A stretch of 33,502 nucleotides of DNA from Octopus bimaculoides (Eukaryota), in NCBI RefSeq assembly GCF_001194135.2, contig NC_068997.1, forward strand, positions 34,076,151 through 34,109,652, in the 5' to 3' direction. Positions within the stretch are counted from its first letter, which is position 1. Each line of letters begins with the position of its first letter. Under the pieces are notes generated by a model. The model was not told where the DNA came from and did not search any database. It saw only the letters and a program-made list of their open reading frames with translations. A program made the position numbers and the translations under genes. Of the stretch, positions 21,065-32,823 are shown one piece after another.

Positions 21065-21642
21065 GCTACCATTATACAGTTATTATTATGCTATGAGTCT
21101 TCCATAGTGACTTTCTCTCCGTAACTTACAAAGTCTTTCTGGTTTGTTTACAAATATTATATATATATACACGCACGTATATATATACGCATACATGGAA
21201 TAAATACATGCATCCTTCACCCTCTCTCTATATGTACGTTTATGTGCACGTAAACATATGTATGCATATTGTATATAATGGATGTTTGTGTACGTTGACC
21301 ACAGATACGCTTTCCCGAAATATTATGTGCTTCTTATGAGACCCTTTATATATTTGAATGTGTGTGTGTGTATATATATATATATATTTATGTGTGTGTG
21401 TGTATATATGTATACACACACACACATATATATAGACATACACGCATATAATTATATACGTATGCAAACGTATATACTCATACCCACACCTTATATATGT
21501 ACATAAACACAGAATCACTCGTACATACATATTGTTCTCATTCTCTTTTCCTTTGTATTTTTATCTCCTTTCTTTCTACACTTCATCAGTTTCTTATAGG
21601 CCATCATGTTTGCTCATAACTTCCTTTCTTCTCAACTTTAGC

Positions 21643-21689
<47 letters not shown>

Positions 21690-22521
21690 NNNNNNNNNNN
21701 NNNNNNNNNNNNNNNNNNNNNNNNNNNNNNNNNNNNNNNNNNNNNNNNNNNNNNNNNNNNNNNNNNNNNNNNNNNNNNNNNNNNNNNNNNNNNNNNNNNN
21801 NNNNNNNNNNNNNNNNNNNNNNNNNNNNNNNNNNNNNNNNNNNNNNNNNNNNNNNNNNNNNNNNNNNNNNNNNNNNNNNNNNNNNNNNNNNNNNNNNNNN
21901 NNNNNNNNNNNNNNNNNNNNNNNNNNNNNNNNNNNNNNNNNNNNNNNNNNNNNNNNNNNNNNNNNNNNNNNNNNNNNNNNNNNNNNNNNNNNNNNNNNNN
22001 NNNNNNNNNNNNNNNNNNNNNNNNNNNNNNNNNNNNNNNNNNNNNNNNNNNNNNNNNNNNNNNNNNNNNNNNNNNNNNNNNNNNNNNNNNNNNNNNNNNN
22101 NNNNNNNNNNNNNNNNNNNNNNNNNNNNNNNNNNNNNNNNNNNNNNNNNNNNNNNNNNNNNNNNNNNNNNNNNNNNNNNNNNNNNNNNNNNNNNNNNNNN
22201 NNNNNNNNNNNNNNNNNNNNNNNNNNNNNNNNNNNNNNNNNNNNNNNNNNNNNNNNNNNNNNNNNNNNNNNNNNNNNNNNNNNNNNNNNNNNNNNNNNNN
22301 NNNNNNNNNNNNNNNNNNNNNNNNNNNNNNNNNNNNNNNNNNNNNNNNNNNNNNNNNNNNNNNNNNNNNNNNNNNNNNNNNNNNNNNNNNNNNNNNNNNN
22401 NNNNNNNNNNNNNNNNNNNNNNNNNNNNNNNNNNNNNNNNNNNNNNNNNNNNNNNNNNNNNNNNNNNNNNNNNNNNNNNNNNNNNNNNNNNNNNNNNNNN
22501 NNNNNNNNNNNNNNNNNNNNN

Positions 22522-22567
<46 letters not shown>

Positions 22568-22892
22568 GTTGTCAACAATAACTGACTGTCAGACTAGACA
22601 CTAATTATATGGGTATTACTAAATGAAACTAGCGATATGTTTGGCCATGTCGATAGAGTGCTAACCTGTTGACACAAATAATAAAATTTCGTTTCTCGTT
22701 CTTGTTGTTTGATGTGTCTTCCACAAGTACATTAGAATTGCAATGACTTAGCATTTCACTTTATATACCGGTACCATAGAAATAAATTGTTCAATTATCT
22801 ATAAACAATTAAATGGGAAGGCATAGTTCACTACTTTAAGCACGTACTTATTGCGGAGAGTTTCGTTAGTTTGTAATATTGAACTTAGACTT

Positions 22893-23075
22893 TAAGGTGG
22901 CGGGCTGGAAGAATTGTTAGCACGCTGGGCAAAATGCTTATCTGCATTTCGTACATCATTACATTACGTTCTGGGTTCAAATTTTGCCGATGTCGACTTC
23001 GCCGTTCACCTGCTTGGGGTTAGTAAAATAGGTACAATTTGAATACTGGGGTTTTGTGCAAAAATTTGAAATCAG
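22893..23075 (+). mobile_element. SINE family B, internally deleted
   Basis: aaggtggcgggctggaagaattgttagcacgctgggcaaaatgctta...gggttcaaattttgccgatgtcgacttcgcc...gtgcaaaaatttgaaatca. Confidence 0.8.
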
Positions 23076-23517
23076 TATTGAATTTAGGCTTAAACACCCC
23101 CCACCCCACCACCACGACTACAATCAAATAGTAAAGAATCTAGATACTACGAGCAACAATGATAATTATTGCCATTCATATTGTTTGATATCTTGTGCAC
23201 TTTCTCGTTAAAACTCGAGAAAACTTATGATGATAGTTCCTGTCGAAAACATAGTGTCAGGTTGCCGTTTGGAGAAATTAATGATTTCTAAAATTGAAAA
23301 TAATCATATCAAGAAACAACGATTCTTAACAGAGACAAGATCAAGATTACTGTGGGCAGATACGCAGCACAACGAATCGACGATAGATTATTGCCTTTTT
23401 TTTTTTTACCACAGAAAGTTCAAAGAGATTTGGATACAATACAACGAAAAAACCGGGCTATCTGGTGCTCAAATTTTATTACAACCTTTCTCTTAAAAAT
23501 ATACAAGAAGTATTAAT

Positions 23518-23735
23518 GATGGTGGGCTGACAGAACCGTTAGCACGCCGGACAAAATGCTTAACAGCATTTTGTCTGTCTTTATGCTTAGAGTACAAACT
23601 CCGGCGAGGTCAGCTTTGCCTTTCTTCCTTTCAGGATCGATAAAAAAATGTATTAGTGAAGTATTGAAGGCGGGAAATCGACCAGCCCTTCCCCCAAAAT
23701 TTCAGGTCTTGTGCCTGTAGCAGAAAGAATTATTA
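23518..23735 (+). mobile_element. SINE family B
   Basis: ggtgggctgacagaaccgttagcacgccggacaaaatgctt...cccccaaaatttcaggtcttgtgcc. Confidence 0.8.
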
Positions 23736-23740
23736 TTACT

Positions 23741-23955
23741 GGCAGCGAACTGGCAGAATCGGTACCATACCGGACAAGATGCTTAGCGGCATTTCTTCCG
23801 ACTCTATGTGCAGAGCTGAAATTCCGCTGAGATCGACTTTGCCTTTTATCCTTTCGGAATCGATGAAATAAGTTGAGCACCCGAGTCGCCGTAATCGATT
23901 AGATCTTTGCTCTCAAATTTCAGACATTGTGCCAATAATAAAATAAAAAAATTAT
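23741..23955 (+). mobile_element. SINE family B, in tandem behind the previous copy
   Basis: ggcagcgaactggcagaatcgg...aaattccgctgagatcgactttgccttttatcctttcgg...aaatttcagacattgtgcc. Confidence 0.8.
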
Positions 23956-24237
23956 CATTGTTTTATATTCGATAGTTTCGGGCAGATTTCTACTACATCA
24001 ACTCCTACATCTCCGTGTTGCTGAGGTGTGTGCAGCATTGTGTGTTCTTTTTTGTTATTGGAGGAGCGCAAACTGTTCTCGGTATTGTAATGCATCAATT
24101 TGTTTTGTTATGGGGTTTGGCTGCAGTGTTTTGTTGTATTGGCGTTTGTATTGTGTGTGGCGTGTAATGCGAGTTGTGTTCTTCTGTTGGGTATCCGGTC
24201 TATTTCACTTATTGTGTAGAGTGTGTCTTGTGTTTAT

Positions 24238-24239
24238 GG

Positions 24240-24322
<83 letters not shown>

Positions 24323-24875
24323 NNNNNNNNNNNNNNNNNNNNNNNNNNNNNNNNNNNNNNNNNNNNNNNNNNNNNNNNNNNNNNNNNNNNNNNNNNNNNN
24401 NNNNNNNNNNNNNNNNNNNNNNNNNNNNNNNNNNNNNNNNNNNNNNNNNNNNNNNNNNNNNNNNNNNNNNNNNNNNNNNNNNNNNNNNNNNNNNNNNNNN
24501 NNNNNNNNNNNNNNNNNNNNNNNNNNNNNNNNNNNNNNNNNNNNNNNNNNNNNNNNNNNNNNNNNNNNNNNNNNNNNNNNNNNNNNNNNNNNNNNNNNNN
24601 NNNNNNNNNNNNNNNNNNNNNNNNNNNNNNNNNNNNNNNNNNNNNNNNNNNNNNNNNNNNNNNNNNNNNNNNNNNNNNNNNNNNNNNNNNNNNNNNNNNN
24701 NNNNNNNNNNNNNNNNNNNNNNNNNNNNNNNNNNNNNNNNNNNNNNNNNNNNNNNNNNNNNNNNNNNNNNNNNNNNNNNNNNNNNNNNNNNNNNNNNNNN
24801 NNNNNNNCATGATAACACTTCCAATCAATTAAGATCAGAAGCCATGAGAGCCACTGCCTGGTCTGCATCCGGGCA

Positions 24876-24923
<48 letters not shown>

Positions 24924-24936
24924 GATTATTATTATT
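24238..24936. repeat. (ATT)n tracts flanking N gap 24323-24807, with a 70-bp non-repeat island at 24808-24876
   Basis: Direct sequence. Confidence 0.85.
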
Positions 24937-25110
24937 ACCTCCGCCTAAGCGAAGGCGGAAGTATTGTTTTCAGCCGTGTTTGTTTGTTTCTTCCGTAGAC
25001 ATGACATCTCTAGAACCGTTCGATAGATTTGGATGAAACTTTCAGGGATGTTTGCCCTCGTGACTGGCACAAACTGATTAGATTTTGGGATCAATCATGT
25101 ACCGTAAAAG
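24932..25110 (+). mobile_element. Helentron-associated (HINE/DINE-1-like) non-autonomous element, 5' part
   Basis: ttattacctccgcc start with hairpin tccgcct-aagcga-aggcgga (24940-24959), then gttttcagccgtgtttgtttgttt (tetranucleotide core), gatttggatgaaacttt and attagattttggga. Confidence 0.55.
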
Positions 25111-25244
25111 AACTCTGGTTTATTTTTCCTGTTTTTATTTTTACTTAATTTTTGAGAGCGGTTGAGTTCATTTTTAGTATTTTGGTTTGTGAGAGCAGTC
25201 GAGTTTATTTCAGATATTCTCATTTTAAAAATCATCTCTGGTTA

Positions 25245-25291
25245 TTGTTATTATTATTATTATTACTATTATTATTATTATGATTATTATT

Positions 25292-25350
<59 letters not shown>

Positions 25351-25355
25351 TATTA
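25245..25355. repeat. (TAT)n-(CAT)n microsatellite
   Basis: Direct sequence. Confidence 0.9.
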
Positions 25356-25374
25356 TTTGTTTGTTCAATTTCTA

Positions 25375-25590
25375 GACTGGGTGGTGCGTTGTGTTCTTGA
25401 AAAGTCATCTAGCGTTGCTCTTCAGTCACATCGACACCTGACGCGTAGTACACAGTGCACCTGTTCAGAAACCATCGATTTGATGGAGAGACAGTGAGCT
25501 TATGTGCAGCACGAACATTTGATCACTATAAACAAATCATTTATGCAGGTTGTTCGGTAAAAGCTGAACGCTCATACGTCGTCTTCGAGA
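25375..25590 (+). mobile_element. SINE fragment, family D, sharing the gttgtgttcttga body motif
   Basis: gtgcgttgtgttcttgaaaagtc... resembles the family C core and then has a different tail. Confidence 0.45.
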
Positions 25591-25604
25591 GTCCAACACA
25601 TTAA

Positions 25605-25720
25605 TTCAAATTCCGCCGAGGTCGACTTTGCCTTTCATCCTTTCGGGGTCGATAAAATAAGTACCAGTGAAACACTGGGATCCATGTAATCGACCTTATC
25701 CCTTCAACCGAATTTGCGGC
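25605..25720 (+). mobile_element. SINE family B, 5'-truncated, low divergence
   Basis: ttcaaattccgccgaggtcgactttgcctttcatcctttcggggtcgataaaataagtaccagt. Confidence 0.85.
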
Positions 25721-26029
25721 ATTTCTTCTGGTTCTTTACGTCCTGAATTCAAACCTCGCTACTGGTGTTAAACGATTAGTTCACAAACCTTTTCTATGTA
25801 GCAACCACACATAATCTAGTATGTGTTGGTGATATTCAAACAAATAAAGACATTTAAAAACAAGGTTCATAAATACAATAAAACACCTGCAATCCAAATG
25901 AGCTCAGTCAGAATCTATGAACAGGTAGTCCAGTACATTAGATTAGTCAGTTAATCGTCGCCCATCTGAATATATGCATTTCATTTGAGTTTGAGATAGC
26001 AGAATCTTTAGGGAGTTGAAACAAAAAAA

Positions 26030-26175
26030 ATGCTTTGCAACATTCGTTTCGTTCTTTTCACATTCTGAGTTTAAATCTCACCGAGTTTCATACCTCCATA
26101 ATTGATATAATAAAGTACCAGTTAAGTACTGGAGCCAATGATATCTACTACTGTCCTCAAAAATGGTGGCCATGT
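26030..26175 (+). mobile_element. SINE family B, degraded
   Basis: aaaatgctttgcaacatt...acattctgagtttaaatctcaccgag...aaagtaccagttaagtactggag. Confidence 0.6.
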
Positions 26176-26199
26176 GCTTAAATCTGAGGTAGTTTTTAA

Positions 26200-26410
26200 T
26201 GCGGTGATCTGGCAGAATAGTTAGCGCGTCGGACAAAATGTTTAGTAACATTCTTTTCTGCTTCTCTTACGTTCTGAGTTAAATATCTCACCCAGGTAAA
26301 ATATACTTTCCATTTGTTTCGGGGGTCGCTAAAGTAACGTACCAGTTAAGTGCTGGAATCGATGGTATCGACTAACCACCTTCCCTCAAAACTGCTAGCC
26401 TTGTGACTAA
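26200..26410 (+). mobile_element. SINE family B
   Basis: gcggtgatctggcagaatagttagcgcgtcggacaaaatgtttag...ttacgttctgagtt...accagttaagtgctggaatcgat. Confidence 0.75.
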
Positions 26411-26588
26411 ATAGATGATAGATATATAATATTAATGCGCTTAAAATGCTTTGTGTGTGCACTCGTGACCCAAATATGATGTGTATTTGGATATCTCCAT
26501 GTACATATATGCAATCAGATTGACAGGTGTATACACTTATAAGTATATACATCGCAAATGTATGTATGCGTGTATATATATATATATA

Positions 26589-27819
26589 CAGGGGTCGGAC
26601 AAAATAATGGGAACACCTAGCATCATAGCATCATAATTTTCAAATATCTATAAAACTGTCAAAAGCTTGTTTATTTTTATGATTTTTGATTTATGATTTT
26701 TGCTTCATATGTTTTGTTAAAACTGCTGTTTCTTTTCAGATATAATCAGAAAAAGGTAACTAAAATTCATTAAAATGACAGATATATCGAACTTTCAAAA
26801 AGGTCAAATTGTTGTTGCTCGAATGGCAGGTGCTAGCGTAACGAAAACAGCCGAAATGTTTGGTGTATCAAGAAGTACTACCTCGAAAGTAATGACAGCC
26901 TTTGAGAAGGAGGGAAAAACCACTTTGTCGAAACAAAACTCCGGAAGAAAAGTAAAACTTTCAGATAGGGACCATCGGTCTCTTACGGGAATTGTTAGAA
27001 AATATCCCCAAATTACTGCAGAGCTTAATGACCACCTCGAGAACCCAGTTTCCACAAAAACTGTTCGCCGGGAGCTGCACAAAGCCGGATTTCACGGTGG
27101 GGCTGCAATCAGAAAACCACTACGTTCAAAAATAAACTTTGCAAAGCGTTTAAAGTGGAGTAAAAATCTACAGAATTGGTCCCTAGAGCAGCGGAAGAAT
27201 GTTATTTTCTCGGACAAATCATCGTTTACCTTATTTTCTACCGCCGGCCAAGTATACGTGTGGAGACAGCCAAAAGAAAAATTTGACCCAGACTACCTTC
27301 TTCCAACTGTTAAACATGAAGGAGGATCTGTGATGGTTTGTGGGGGCTATATCTTGAAAATCCGACGGCCTAATGGTTTCACAACATGGCAGAATTAATA
27401 GTGAAGACTATTTAAGCATTTTATCTGATCAAATTCATCCTATGATTGTTGAACTGTTTCCGGGGGGAAACACAATCTTTCAGCTAAATTCTTACTGAAT
27501 GGCACGAGGAACATTCTCGTGAAGTCGAACATCTTATCTGGCCACCACAGTCTCCAGATCTCAATATTATTGAACATTTTATGGTTCATTTTAGAAAAGC
27601 AAGTAAGGAGTCGATATCCTCCACCATCATCACTACAAGAACTGGAGACGGTTTTAGCTGAAGAATGGACAAAAATTCTTTTGGAAACAATTCAAAGTTT
27701 GTATGCGTCTATACCTCGTAGAATTCAAGCTATAATTACTGCCAAAGGCGGTCCTACCCCAACCTAAAATAAATTTGTTTGAAATTTTTAGGTGTTTCCA
27801 TTATTTTGTCCAACCCCTG
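26589..27819 (+). mobile_element. Full-length Tc1-like DNA transposon, copy A, 1231 bp, DD36E (Incomer-like)
   Basis: 31-bp TIRs (caggggtcggacaaaataatgggaacaccta at 26589-26619 vs the reverse complement of 27789-27819, 29/31), TA on both sides (26587-88 and 27820-21), single transposase region. Confidence 0.97.
26775..27767 (+). pseudogene. Disrupted Tc1-family transposase
   Basis: The 207-aa ORF 26775-27398 carries paired-like HTH regions, NSGRK, VIFSDKSSF and PTVKHEGGSVMV, then frameshifts. The DNAPxH motif is deleted at tttcag|ctaaa (about 27483). The C-terminus TEW...WPPQSPDLNIIE...[15 protein letters not shown] is present in other frames. Confidence 0.93.
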
Positions 27820-27828
27820 TATAAGCGA

Positions 27829-27910
27829 GTATGTATGTATGTACGTATGTATGTATGTATGTATGTATGTATGTATGTATGTGTATATATACATATATAT
27901 GTATGTATGC

Positions 27911-27962
<52 letters not shown>

Positions 27963-28075
27963 NNNNNNNNNNNNNNNNNNNNNNNNNNNNNNNNNNNNNN
28001 NNNNNNNNNNNNNNATATATATTTGTATGCATGTGTGTATATATATATATGTACATATGTATGTATGTATGTATG
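27829..28075. repeat. (TATG)n/(TA)n compound microsatellite around N gap 27963-28014
   Basis: Direct sequence. Confidence 0.9.
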
Positions 28076-29224
28076 TGTGAAAGAGTGTAAGATAAAGAGG
28101 GAAAGGGAGAGAGAGAGGGAGAGAGAGAAGGAGAGAGAGGGAAAGAGGGAGAGAGAGAGAGAGAGAGAGAGAGGTGCATTTATAAACACTCACAAGCGTT
28201 GCGCATATAGACAGTTTATGTGTGGTATTAGAGCGTAATTTCGGAGTGGAGCCAGAAATGACGAAAAGTAGAGATATTGGCCCTTCTTCCCCGCATTTTT
28301 CTTGATATCATGCCAACTATCTGATAATTTTTGATATCGCCTAATCGTTTTGACACGACAAACCGATAGTAATGTAGGAGCAGAAGGAGTTGAGAAGTTT
28401 AAAATGTTGACGGTAATACAAAATTATGAAAATAGCAATCGAGTGCTTTTGAGATTTTTCCTTTTTCTTTCTTTTATTCTTTTTATTTTTCTATTCAGGT
28501 GCTATTGTACTGTTTCTATTATTTACTATAACATTTTGTGTAACTTCATAAGTTTCCTTGAAGTGCAAAAAGAAAATGAAAAGAAAAAATGCTACGACAG
28601 CCAGAGAAAGTTTTCCAGAAATAGTTGAGAATGAAAAGTTGCCGCTAGCTTAGTTGATAAGGCATGATCTTTCTTATTGTATAGACGACTTTTCACATTT
28701 TTTCAGTAGCTGAATCTCGGCCAATCTACACAGATACGTAAATAGGTATTATAAAGAAGCTCATGTGTAAATAGGTTTGTTGATATTTCCTATGTGTATG
28801 TTTTCGAGTTTATATGATTCTATCAATATAATGCTCGTGATCTTCAGGGAAGATACGTTGCAATACATTTTAGTGTGGAGATAAGTTTTAGTAGTTTGTA
28901 CAACTATCATGTGTGGTCAGATCGTTGTAAATTGGTTTACCAGTGCACTTTTATTAGGATTTTCAAATTTTATAATGACCACAGACTTGCTTATATGTTT
29001 TATTATTTCTTTCACGAAGTTGTCTTTATATGTTAGGACTCAATTACTTTCAACCAGGCAATTTCTTTAATTTCTATTTTTGAACGATGACAATTTAATC
29101 TGGATAACTTGTCAATACCTCTGTTAATATAACAATGCGAGAAAGTACTGTCACAATTTCTTATTTTCAAACATGACTTGTAGTGTGTTCTTGTAACATA
29201 TATTTGTGTCAATTGATAACTAGT

Positions 29225-29360
29225 AATAGTAGTAGATTTGTAGTTTGGTATCCGATACTATTACGCTAACGTCGTCCGTATATGCAAACACAATTCTTCC
29301 GCATTATAGTTCTCGCGAGATGCTCCTCGAAATTTCTAATTCCCGCAGAAGTTGCCTCGC
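29225..29360 (-). pseudogene. Inverted RT fragment of an L1/Tx1-clade LINE
   Basis: Minus frame: QLLRELEISRSISREL*CGRIVFAYTDDVSVIVSDT. The YTDD (YADD-like) motif is at 29282-29271. Confidence 0.7.
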
Positions 29361-30405
29361 TGCGGGCAGAACAGAGCATGCTATGACTAATGATGCGCAG
29401 AAATGCGCTGAAGTCTCGTATCCGCCGTTTCGTTGACGGTGAGCAGGTGTAGTAGCTATTTGTCAGACACGCTGTGCTACAGATCGTTTCCTTCACAGAG
29501 TTGCAGTATTGTATCAAGCATAGCCCGAGGCTGGATCTATAGCGTTTAGTGTGTCGTAAGGTGTACACAGCCCTTCGTCGATCGAAGCGGTGGGTTGTGT
29601 TTTATAGAGGTTTAATGGCGAGTAGATTCAACGACGTTCTCGAGGGTACGCTGAGTATCGAGAAGGATCAACTAGATGGTATCTTCGGGAGAACTTTCAG
29701 TCTAGGTTCGATTTCCAGAAATCCCTGGCTTGGCAGTACTAACCGGGACACTATCGGTTCGAGATAACCTCTACAGTCATGCTAGTATCGTTACTCGGCC
29801 TGCTTAAGATACAGCAATGATGTGGCACTGCTGACACAGTGCCACATGATTGCAGGCTTGTAGAATTTTGCCTAACAACTACTGCGTGTTGCATGATAGA
29901 TCCGGCTGTCAGCTTACTCCATTATAAGGATCGCTCCACTGCCTAAAGACAGGCAATTTTCCACTGCCTGGTGCCTACGGCGAAAGACTGAAAGGACTAA
30001 AGACTAACCTCGACCAAGCCCTCATCGTCTCTTTAAAGTGCCATTTAAAAAGGAATGTGACGGTTGAGAATGAAGTGTTGCACACTAGTAAATTTGTTGA
30101 AAGGTAGGTGAATGTAACGATGGTATCCCGAACGAGTGTGCCTGCTCTGAGCTTGCGCTTGTAGGATGGAGAGAACGGATAGAAGAGAGGCGCTTCCCTC
30201 TGATGTCCTTGACTGTCGGATTAATCTGGGATCAGTTGGGTTCTTTGTTGCTCCTGAGTGGCTCCCTTCTCTTTTGAGGAATTTTATGTCTAAAAATTAT
30301 CTTAATTATTATTGTTTTTTAGTTTTCACGTGTTTATGTAAATCCACACTGTGCTTTCTTCTCGCGTTGTCCTAAATGCTTTTTCGGCCTTTGTGGCCGA
30401 CAAAG
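29361..30405 (+). pseudogene. L1/Tx1-clade LINE ORF2 C-terminus and 3' UTR
   Basis: MMRRNALKSRIRRFVDGEQV, FYRGL, FQKSLAWQ, VRDNLYSH, a degraded Cys/His knuckle and KGLKT...CHLKRNVTVE..VL...FVER*VNV, stop at 30162-64. Ends with hairpin cggcc-tttgt-ggccg and acaaag before (TTC)n. Homologous to 32884-33036. Confidence 0.65.
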
Positions 30406-30579
30406 TCTTCTTCTTCTTCTTCTTCTTCTTCTTCTTCTTCTTCTTCTTCTTCTTCTTCTTCTTCTTCTTCTTCTTCTTCTTCTTCGTCGTCGTCGTCGTC
30501 GTCTTCGTCATCGTCATCGTCATCGTCATCGTNNNNNNNNNNATCATCATCATCACAACCACCGTTATTGTTGTTGTTG

Positions 30580-30621
<42 letters not shown>

Positions 30622-30765
30622 GTAGTAGTAGTAGTAGTAGTAGTAGTAGAGTAGTAGTAATAATAGTAGTAGTAGTAGTATACTAGTAATAGTAGTAATA
30701 GTGGTGGTGGTGAGGGTGGTGGTAATTATGATGATGATGATGATGATGATGATGATAATAATAAT
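30406..30765. repeat. Compound trinucleotide microsatellite (TTC, GTC, ATC, GTT, ATT, AGT, GGT, GAT)
   Basis: Direct sequence, with N gap 30533-30542. Confidence 0.92.
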
Positions 30766-31225
30766 CGTAGAAAATTGAGTTGAAGCCTTTCCGTGGTCCA
30801 ATTTGTCTCTCAACCCAACGGTTTCGATAACATAAGTAGCAGGCGATTGAATCTACTTTAAGCTCACCCACCGCCGAAATATCTACGACCTTGTGTCATT
30901 GTAAGAAAGCATTATTAATATCACTATTAATAACATTGCTAATATTATTATTAGTCCCCCCCTCTCCTTTTTGTACCAAGTGATGATCGAGTTTGACTTG
31001 AGGCTGGGTGGCCTACTCACGTAGTCAGTGGGGTGAAGTTCATGTGGTAAAGGTAGTGCAAAGCAACATAGTGGAAATGGTGGGAGTTAGTAATTAGACG
31101 AAGACGCTTAACACAAAATGTTTGGCATTGCCATCTCAGCCCGACAGCAATGATAAGAGAAACGAGAGCTTTGTTGACAAGAAACTGAAATCTAAGAGGG
31201 CTAGTCATCCGAAAATATCTCTTAG

Positions 31226-31364
31226 ACACACATACACACACACAGACACACACAGGCACACACACACACAGACACACACATGCACACACACACACACGCA
31301 CACACACACACACATGTACACACACACACACGCACACATCACACACACAAACACACACGCACAC

Positions 31365-31420
<56 letters not shown>
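31226..31420. repeat. (CA)n compound microsatellite
   Basis: Direct sequence. Confidence 0.92.
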
Positions 31421-31766
31421 GTATAAGCACTAACAATACATTTCCTCACAAAAATAAGCTAAATAGTTTTAATATTAGTTCGGTGGTGGCGGACTAGGCG
31501 AGAATATTTAAAAAGAAAGTGAGGATGTGATAATTCAGACAAGAATATTGCTCGTTCTGAGTAAAAATGTCACTGAAAATATAGACACACAACTCACAAC
31601 TATATTTACGCGCACGCGCGTGTATGTGTGTGTCTATGTGTGAGTGAGTGTGTGTGTGTGAGAGAGAGAGAGTGTGTGTGCGTATGTGTATAAATACATA
31701 CACGTATAGAAGTATATTTTTATTTATATAACTATCTCGCTCTGTGTGTGTGTATATATGTGTCTG

Positions 31767-31804
<38 letters not shown>

Positions 31805-32823
31805 CATACACACACACACATGTGCATATACATCGGCTTAAACGTTGTAAATACTTGAATATGCATGTATCATTGTATGATAAACATGTAAGCGTGTATG
31901 TATGTATGTATGTATGTACGTATAGATAGACAGATAGATAGATAGACAAATAGGTAGACAGATAGATAGAGAGGTTGATAGATAGATAGAGAGGTAGATA
32001 CATTTCTTTTATTAGCAACACAGGGCTCAACGAAGATGGGACAAATACAATGTAGAGCTTTTCTTTTTGTGAGGGGGAAGGAAAAAAAGGTGGGGGGTGT
32101 CGATCAAAAGGGATCGTAGGAAGGAAAAAGGGGGCAGTTCGANNNNNNNNNNNNNNNNNNNNNNNNNNNNNNNNNNNNNNNNNNNNNNNNNNNNNNNNNN
32201 NNNNNNNNNNNNNNNNNNNNNNNNNNNNNNNNNNNNNNNNNNNNNNNNNNNNNNNNNNNNNNNNNNNNNNNNNNNNNNNNNNNNNNNNNNNNNNNNNNNN
32301 NNNNNNNNNNNNNNNNNNNNNNNNNNNNNNNNNNNNNNNNNNNNNNNNNNNNNNNNNNNNNNNNNNNNNNNNNNNNNNNNNNNNNNNNNNNNNNNNNNNN
32401 NNNNNNNNNNNNNNNNNNNNNNNNNNNNNNNNNNNNNNNNNNNNNNNNNNNNNNNNNNNNNNNNNNNNNNNNNNNNNNNNNNNNNNNNNNNNNNNNNNNN
32501 NNNNNNNNNNNNNNNNNNNNNNNNNNNNNNNNNNNNNNNNNNNNNNNNNNNNNNNNNNNNNNNNNNNNNNNNNNNNNNNNNNNNNNNNNNNNNNNNNNNN
32601 NNNNNNNNNNNNNNNNNNNNNNNNNNNNNNNNNNNNNNNNNNNNNNNNNNNNNNNNNNNNNNNNNNNNNNNNNNNNNNNNNNNNNNNNNNNNNNNNNNNN
32701 NNNNNNNNNNNNNNNNNNNNNNNNNNNNNNNNNNNNNNNNNNNNNNNNNNNNNNNNNNNNNNNNNNNNNNNNNNNNNNNNNNNNNNNNNNNNNNNNNNNN
32801 NNNNNNNNNNNNNNNNNNNNNNN

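Noticed and set aside
21570-21592. Minus-strand CTGATGA-agtgta-GAAA
   Set aside because: No stem III, NUH triplet or stem I; a chance match in CT-rich sequence
28795-28860. Minus-strand CTGAAGA...ctcGAAA with cgag/ctcg pairing
   Set aside because: Stem II is out of register with the core and stems I and III are absent
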